A stretch of 5,713 nt of DNA from Candidatus Jordarchaeales archaeon (GTDB lineage Archaea > Asgardarchaeota > Jordiarchaeia > Jordiarchaeales > Freyrarchaeaceae): positions 1-5,713 of the forward strand of contig JAWAHN010000006.1 of NCBI GenBank assembly GCA_038889235.1, given 5' to 3'. The notes beneath the pieces were generated by a model that searched no databases, was not told the DNA's origin, and saw nothing but the letters and a program-made list of their open reading frames with translations. The first letter of the stretch is position 1. The number at the start of each line of letters is the position of its first letter. Shown here piece after piece: positions 5,526-5,713 of the stretch. The position numbers were made by a program, and so were the translations under genes.

Positions 5526-5713
5526 ATGAGGGGTGAGGCTTTAAGATGGTTTAATGAGGCTTTGTGGGATCTTGATACAGCCAAAATTCTATATAGGGAG
5601 AGGAGATTTAATGCGGCTGCATTCTACTCTCACCAAGCAGCTGAAAAGGCTTGTAAGGCGCTTCTCTACAATGTTAATGAGGCTCCATGGGGGCATAGTG
5701 TTAGGGAGCTCCT
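5526..5713 (+). CDS. HEPN domain protein (HEPN/MNT toxin-antitoxin type), 5' part, runs off the window end
   Basis: Not in the ORF track. Translation MRGEALRWFNEALWDLDTAKILYRERRFNAAAFYSHQAAEKACKALLYNVNEAPWGHSVREL contains the AAFYSHQAAEKAxKA and WGHS motifs. GGTGA SD at 5514-5518. Confidence 0.9.
   Translation, partial: MRGEALRWFNEALWDLDTAKILYRERRFNAAAFYSHQAAEKACKALLYNVNEAPWGHSVREL

Overview
Archaeal DNA, most likely Thermoprotei/Crenarchaeota, inferred from BRE-TATA promoters, CCA-encoding GC-rich tRNAs, a C/D box sRNA and the protein families present. From left to right: the 5' end of an endonuclease IV gene (minus strand); a stand-alone 3' half of tRNA-iMet with its own promoter and a 24-nt GC-rich leader, which looks like a trans-spliced (split) tRNA half; and a divergent intact tRNA-Arg(CCG). 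Next comes a ~4.1 kb decayed element integrated in that tRNA-Arg, with a 3'-half duplicate at 4579-4624. It carries a truncated integrase, a CofE-family ligase, a small hypothetical protein, gene fragments, a C/D box guide RNA and one or two candidate structured ncRNAs. The window ends with the 5' part of a HEPN gene. The most notable observation is the orphan, promoter-driven tRNA-iMet 3' half. All family assignments are from motif recognition, with no database searches run.
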